Shown here in pieces: positions 60,266-64,000 of a DNA stretch of 64,000 bases; within the stretch, counting starts at the first letter, position 1; each line of letters begins with the position of its first letter. The position numbers and the translations under genes were made by a program. The stretch lies in NCBI GenBank assembly GCA_963789955.1, contig CAWBMV010000003.1, forward strand, positions 96,001-160,000, read 5' to 3'. Under the pieces are notes generated by a model. The model was given only the letters and a program-made list of their open reading frames with translations, ran no database searches and was not told the origin of the DNA. This stretch comes from an uncultured Candidatus Rokubacteria bacterium. Lineage in GTDB: Bacteria; Methylomirabilota; Methylomirabilia; Rokubacteriales; CSP1-6.

Positions 60266-60841
60266 ATGCCCGAGCCATTGATCAGCCAGGCCACGATTTA
60301 TCGAGCGGTGCAAACCGCCATCGGCGACGCGCTGCAGATCTCCGAAGACAAGGTGATGCCCGAGAGCTCGCTCATCAAAGACCTCGGAGTGGAGTCGCTG
60401 GATCTCATCGACATCAACTTCCGCCTCGAGCAAGACTTCAACATCGTGATGCCGCGCAAGTACCTCCTGGACCACGTGGAGGAGCTCTTCGGGGAGGGGA
60501 CGGCGATCGACGAACAGGATCGACTCACCGGCGCGGCCGTGACGATCTGGAACGCGCGGCTCGGGTCGGCCGGATCGGCCGTGCACGCGGGCATGTCGAT
60601 CGAAGCGGTACCGGCTCTCGTCACTCCGCACACGCTGGTCATGGTCGTCGAGGAGATCTTGGCCACCTGTCCGGCCACGTGCCCTGCTTGCGGGAAGTCG
60701 GCCTGGACGGTCGCCGATGGACGCGCCATCACCTGCGGCCAGTGCGGTGCGCGCGCGCCGCTCTTGGCGGGTGACGATGTCATCCGTCAGTGGCTCGAGG
60801 ACTTCCGGGCACGCGGTGGGCTGACGAGCCACACGCCTTGA
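60266..60841 (+). CDS. Extended acyl carrier protein with internal insertion and C-terminal CxxC..CxxC domain
   Basis: DLGVESLDLIDINFRLE, then CPATCPACG..CGQCG; GAGAGGAGG/GGGAG RBS. Confidence 0.85.
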   Translation: MPEPLISQATIYRAVQTAIGDALQISEDKVMPESSLIKDLGVESLDLIDINFRLEQDFNIVMPRKYLLDHVEELFGEGTAIDEQDRLTGAAVTIWNARLGSAGSAVHAGMSIEAVPALVTPHTLVMVVEEILATCPATCPACGKSAWTVADGRAITCGQCGARAPLLAGDDVIRQWLEDFRARGGLTSHTP

Positions 60842-62145
60842 CCAGCGCGTCACGCCAGACACGGGATCGGCGGCGCGTTGTCATCACCGGCGTGGGGATG
60901 ATCACCCCCCTGGGACGGAACGTGGCCGAAACGTTCGAGCGGGCTAGCCGGGGCGTCTCGGGAATTGACTACATCCGTCGCTTCGACACCCGCGGTCTTC
61001 CCGTTCGAATCGGCGGCGAGATTTCGGACGAGTGGATCGTGCGGCCGCGCGCGGAATCGGCGGCGGCGCTCGAGAGCATGGCCTCCAGGGCGATCCGATT
61101 CATGTGGACCGCGGGCATGGAGGCGGCCGAGCAGGCGAAGCTCGACCAGATAGGTGATCGCTATCGGGTCGGTGTCGTCCTCGGCCATCACGGAGAGACC
61201 GCCGGCCTCGACGATCTCGTCCGGATCTTTCGGGCGTCGGCCGGCGATGGTCGGTGGGACCCGGCCCAGCTCCGCGAGGGCGGCTACGACGTGTTCGCAT
61301 CGATACGCCGACGGGTCGACGTCGGACCGTCGCTGGTCTCGCGGGTGTTCGATTGTCGCGGGCCCAGCATTGGCATCGCCTCGGCGTGCGCCGCCGGCGG
61401 CCAGGCGATCGGTGAGGCCTACCGGCTCATCAAGTCGAGGCGTCTGGATGCCGCGCTGGCTGGCGGGTGCGAGGCATCGCTCACGTACCTGGGACTCTCG
61501 GGCTTCATACTCCTGAAGGCCCTCACCGAGCACTATCACGCTCCATCGACGGCGTCCCGACCGTTCGATCGCAAGCGAAGCGGCTTCGTGATCTCCGAGG
61601 GAGCGGGCGCGCTCGTCCTCGAAGAGCTCACGCACGCCCGGGACCGTGGCGCATCGATCCTGGGCGAGCTCCTGGGCTATGGAGACTCCACGGACGCGTA
61701 CCGCATCACGGACATCCACCCGCAGGCCGAGGGCGCCGTGCTGGCGATGGTGCGCGCGATCGAGGACGCCGGGATCGCGCGCGACAAGGTGGACTATATC
61801 AACGCGCACGGGACCTCGACCGTGCAGAACGACGCGCTCGAGACCCTTGCCGTCAAGCGAGTCTTCGGCGAGCGAGCGGCCTCTGTCCCGCTCAGCTCGA
61901 ACAAGTCGATGCTCGGTCACACCATCGGTGCGGCCGGGGCCATCGAGGCCGGTCTCACGCTCGAGGGCATCCGTCAATCGCTGCTCCTCCCCACGATCAA
62001 CTACAAGACACCGGATCCGCGATGCGACCTGGACTACGTGCCAAACGAGTCGCGTCGTGTTGCCCACCGGACCGCCCTCAGCAACTCCTTCGGGTTCGGC
62101 GGGCACAACGCCTCGGTTTGCATCGGCGCGTACGACGACGGCTGA
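60838..62145 (+). CDS. fabF: Beta-ketoacyl-ACP synthase II
   Basis: RVVITGVG, SACAAG (Cys), YINAHGTST (His), KSMLGH (His), SNSFGFGG. Confidence 0.92.
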   Translation: MTSASRQTRDRRRVVITGVGMITPLGRNVAETFERASRGVSGIDYIRRFDTRGLPVRIGGEISDEWIVRPRAESAAALESMASRAIRFMWTAGMEAAEQAKLDQIGDRYRVGVVLGHHGETAGLDDLVRIFRASAGDGRWDPAQLREGGYDVFASIRRRVDVGPSLVSRVFDCRGPSIGIASACAAGGQAIGEAYRLIKSRRLDAALAGGCEASLTYLGLSGFILLKALTEHYHAPSTASRPFDRKRSGFVISEGAGALVLEELTHARDRGASILGELLGYGDSTDAYRITDIHPQAEGAVLAMVRAIEDAGIARDKVDYINAHGTSTVQNDALETLAVKRVFGERAASVPLSSNKSMLGHTIGAAGAIEAGLTLEGIRQSLLLPTINYKTPDPRCDLDYVPNESRRVAHRTALSNSFGFGGHNASVCIGAYDDG

Positions 62146-62609
62146 TGCGCTTCCTCTTCATCGACCGGGTCACGAGTCTCGAGCGAGGGCGTCGCATCAC
62201 GGGGATCAAGTCATTCAGCTCGTCCGAGCCGTTTCTGGAGTCGCACTTCACCAGAACAGCCCTCGTCCCGGGCGTGCTTCTCATCGAGTCGATGGCGCAG
62301 CTTCTTGGTTGGCTGGCCAGCTATTCGTACGATTTCCGCTGCGTGGCCGTTCTGGCCCTCATCTCGGACGTGACGGTTCCGGCGGCCCTGAAGCCCGGAG
62401 CCCGCGTGGAGATCGAAGGCCGACTACTGTCCAGCACCGAGCGAGACTCGCTCGGTGCTGCCACGGCCACGGTTGATGGCCGGACGATCGCCCGGGTGGA
62501 GCGACTCATTTTGCACCACGTTCCACTTCCCAAAGGGGAAACCGCGCGGGAGTTCTTCCTCTACTACGCCGGCATCGACGACTTGTCGTCTCTCGAGCGT
62601 CCCGCATGA
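62145..62609 (+). CDS. fabZ: FabZ-like hot-dog dehydratase
   Basis: MRFLFIDRV, HF..PGVLLIESMAQ. Confidence 0.85.
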   Translation: MRFLFIDRVTSLERGRRITGIKSFSSSEPFLESHFTRTALVPGVLLIESMAQLLGWLASYSYDFRCVAVLALISDVTVPAALKPGARVEIEGRLLSSTERDSLGAATATVDGRTIARVERLILHHVPLPKGETAREFFLYYAGIDDLSSLERPA

Positions 62610-63359
62610 AGATCGATCTCAGCGGGCAGGTCGCATTGGTCACGGGCGGCGGTCGCGGCATTGGTGGAGCCTGCAGCGTGACCCTGGCGCGACTGGGGGC
62701 AACGGTCATCATCAACTACCGGCGCTCCCGCGACTCCGCCGAACGGCTCGAGAAGGACATCGTCGGTGAGGGCGGCAGCGGGCGCGCGTACCAGGCCGAC
62801 GTGGCGGACCCCGGAGCGGTCGACGCGATGTTCCAGTTCATCCGCCAGGAATATCGACGCCTCGACATCCTGGTGAACAACGCGGGGATCGTTCAGGACA
62901 CCCTGCTGCTCTCCATGACGCTGCAGGACTGGACGTCGGTCCAATGCCACCAATCTGACCGGCGCCTTTCTCTGCACGCGCCACGCCGTGGAAATGATGT
63001 TGCGGCAAGGCGGGGGCAAGATCGTCAATATCGCTTCGGCGAGCGCGGACGTCGGTGGACGCGGGCAGACCAACTACGCGGCCTCGAAGGGCGGGCTCGT
63101 GGCATTCAGCCGGGCGGGCGCCGTCGAGCTGGCCCGCAAGGGGATTCGCATCAACGCCGTGCTGCCCGGTATCATCGAGACCGACATGAGCCTGCCAGTA
63201 CGCCAGCGGGCCGCGAACAAGCTGCTCGAGCGCATTCCGGCCCGTCGATTCGGCCGCGTTGACGAGGTCGCCAACCTGGTTGCCTTCCTCGTCTCGGATG
63301 CCTCGGAGTACATCGTCGGACAGGCGATCGCCGTCGATGGCGGTCTCAGCGCCTCCTGA
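62606..63359 (+). CDS. fabG: 3-oxoacyl-ACP reductase; indel near 62945
   Basis: TGGGRGIG and VNNAG, then GQTNYAASKGG and PGIIETDM in the next frame. Confidence 0.88.
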
Positions 63360-63370
63360 CGCGTCGGCCC

Positions 63371-63859
63371 GTGCGCTATTACCTCGTAGATCGCATATCG
63401 GAGTGGGAGCTCAACACGCGCATCCGCGGCATCAAGAATGTCGCTATGACCGAAGACTTCCTCCAGTATCACTTTCCGCGAAGGCCGACGATGCCGGGGG
63501 TGCTCCTGCTGGAGTCGATGACCCAGCTTGCCGGCTGGCTGGAGGCGGTCAGCTCCGAGTTTACGCGCTGGTTCCTGCTCGAGCACGTCACGAGCTGTAA
63601 GTTTTACGACCTCACAGGGCCTGGCGACCGGGTCGAGTTCGTCGTCGACGCCATGCAGCCCGCCGAGGCGTCTCGCCGCCGTTATCGCGGAACCGGCAGC
63701 GTCGAGGGTAAGCGGCGTGTCGTCGCCGAGTTCGACGGGCAGGTGATTCCGCTCCACGACATCGACACCCCGTCGAGCCAGCGCCAGCTCTTCGAAGTGC
63801 TCACGAACAGCGCTACTTTCTCGCTCAGTCCCAATCCAGGTGTCGCGGGCCCCCCGTGA
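63371..63859 (+). CDS. fabZ: Second FabZ-like dehydratase
   Basis: YLVDRI, KNV, HFPRRPTMPGVLLLESMTQ, PGD. Confidence 0.85.
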   Translation: MRYYLVDRISEWELNTRIRGIKNVAMTEDFLQYHFPRRPTMPGVLLLESMTQLAGWLEAVSSEFTRWFLLEHVTSCKFYDLTGPGDRVEFVVDAMQPAEASRRRYRGTGSVEGKRRVVAEFDGQVIPLHDIDTPSSQRQLFEVLTNSATFSLSPNPGVAGPP

Positions 63860-64000
63860 CCGACCGAGTTCCCGCGATCACCGGCATAGGGTTGATTTCA
63901 TCCCTCGCCCCATCCCTCGAGCGTCACTGGCAACGGATTCTTCAGCTCGCGACCGGTATTCGGCAGGTCAGCGGCGAGGACGTACCCCGAGCCCTTCGTT
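63856..64000 (+). CDS. Start of a second ketosynthase-like gene, truncated by the window edge
   Basis: GTG overlapping the previous stop; VTDRVPAITGIGLISSL..HWQRILQLATGI. Confidence 0.7.
   Translation, partial: MTDRVPAITGIGLISSLAPSLERHWQRILQLATGIRQVSGEDVPRALR

Noticed and set aside
36040..62950. Frameshifts in the priming transferase, FAD oxidoreductase, SDR and fabG as programmed frameshifting, phase variation or pseudogenisation
   Set aside because: These are scattered single-base indels without slippery or SSR motifs in otherwise intact genes. Sequencing error is more parsimonious; read-level polishing is needed to settle it.
1364..63757. Many long antisense or alternate-frame ORFs (e.g. 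2596-3795, 49264-51072, 59327-60862, 60850-62106) and N-terminal extensions
   Set aside because: Arg/Pro/Ala-rich shadows of real genes, as expected in high-GC DNA, with no recognisable motifs.
59450..64000. Ladderane or aryl-polyene cluster
   Set aside because: No radical SAM, phytoene-desaturase-like or aryl-loading genes are in view, and an enoyl reductase argues against a polyene. It cannot be fully excluded because the operon runs off the window.

Overview
GC-rich bacterial window. Gene style and the relic fragments resemble Candidatus Rokubacteria/Methylomirabilota, but that is inference only. Several single-base frameshifts look like long-read consensus errors. 1-4.5 kb holds core-type metabolic genes (GcvT-family oxidoreductase, sterol-desaturase-family protein, phosphotriesterase, LLM F420 oxidoreductase). 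From 4.5 kb onward it is an accessory cell-envelope island with five parts. (i) A hotspot with three diverged copies of one small cupin gene interleaved with cargo (LicD, Ppm1 plus a GT-C enzyme), mobile-gene relics, and an IS110 remnant whose left end still carries a readable bridge RNA apparently aimed at a tRNA T-arm sequence. (ii) Secreted repeat proteins and a subtilase whose prodomain and repeat array also occur as stand-alone genes. (iii) A Wzm/Wzt glycan locus with methyltransferases. (iv) A second graveyard of recombinase and other fragments. (v) From 34.8 kb to the window end, a large candidate glycosphingolipid system: ACP-FAAL-serine palmitoyltransferase, a bCerS-like GNAT, a reductase, an SCS7/FA2H-like hydroxylase, an AUR1-like PAP2 transferase, LicD, glycosyltransferases, an O-antigen-ligase-like protein, fused LptF-LptG, an MsbA-like ABC transporter, and a dedicated FAS-II operon with an unusual ACP-zinc-ribbon fusion. 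All functional calls come from motif recognition by eye; no database searches were run.
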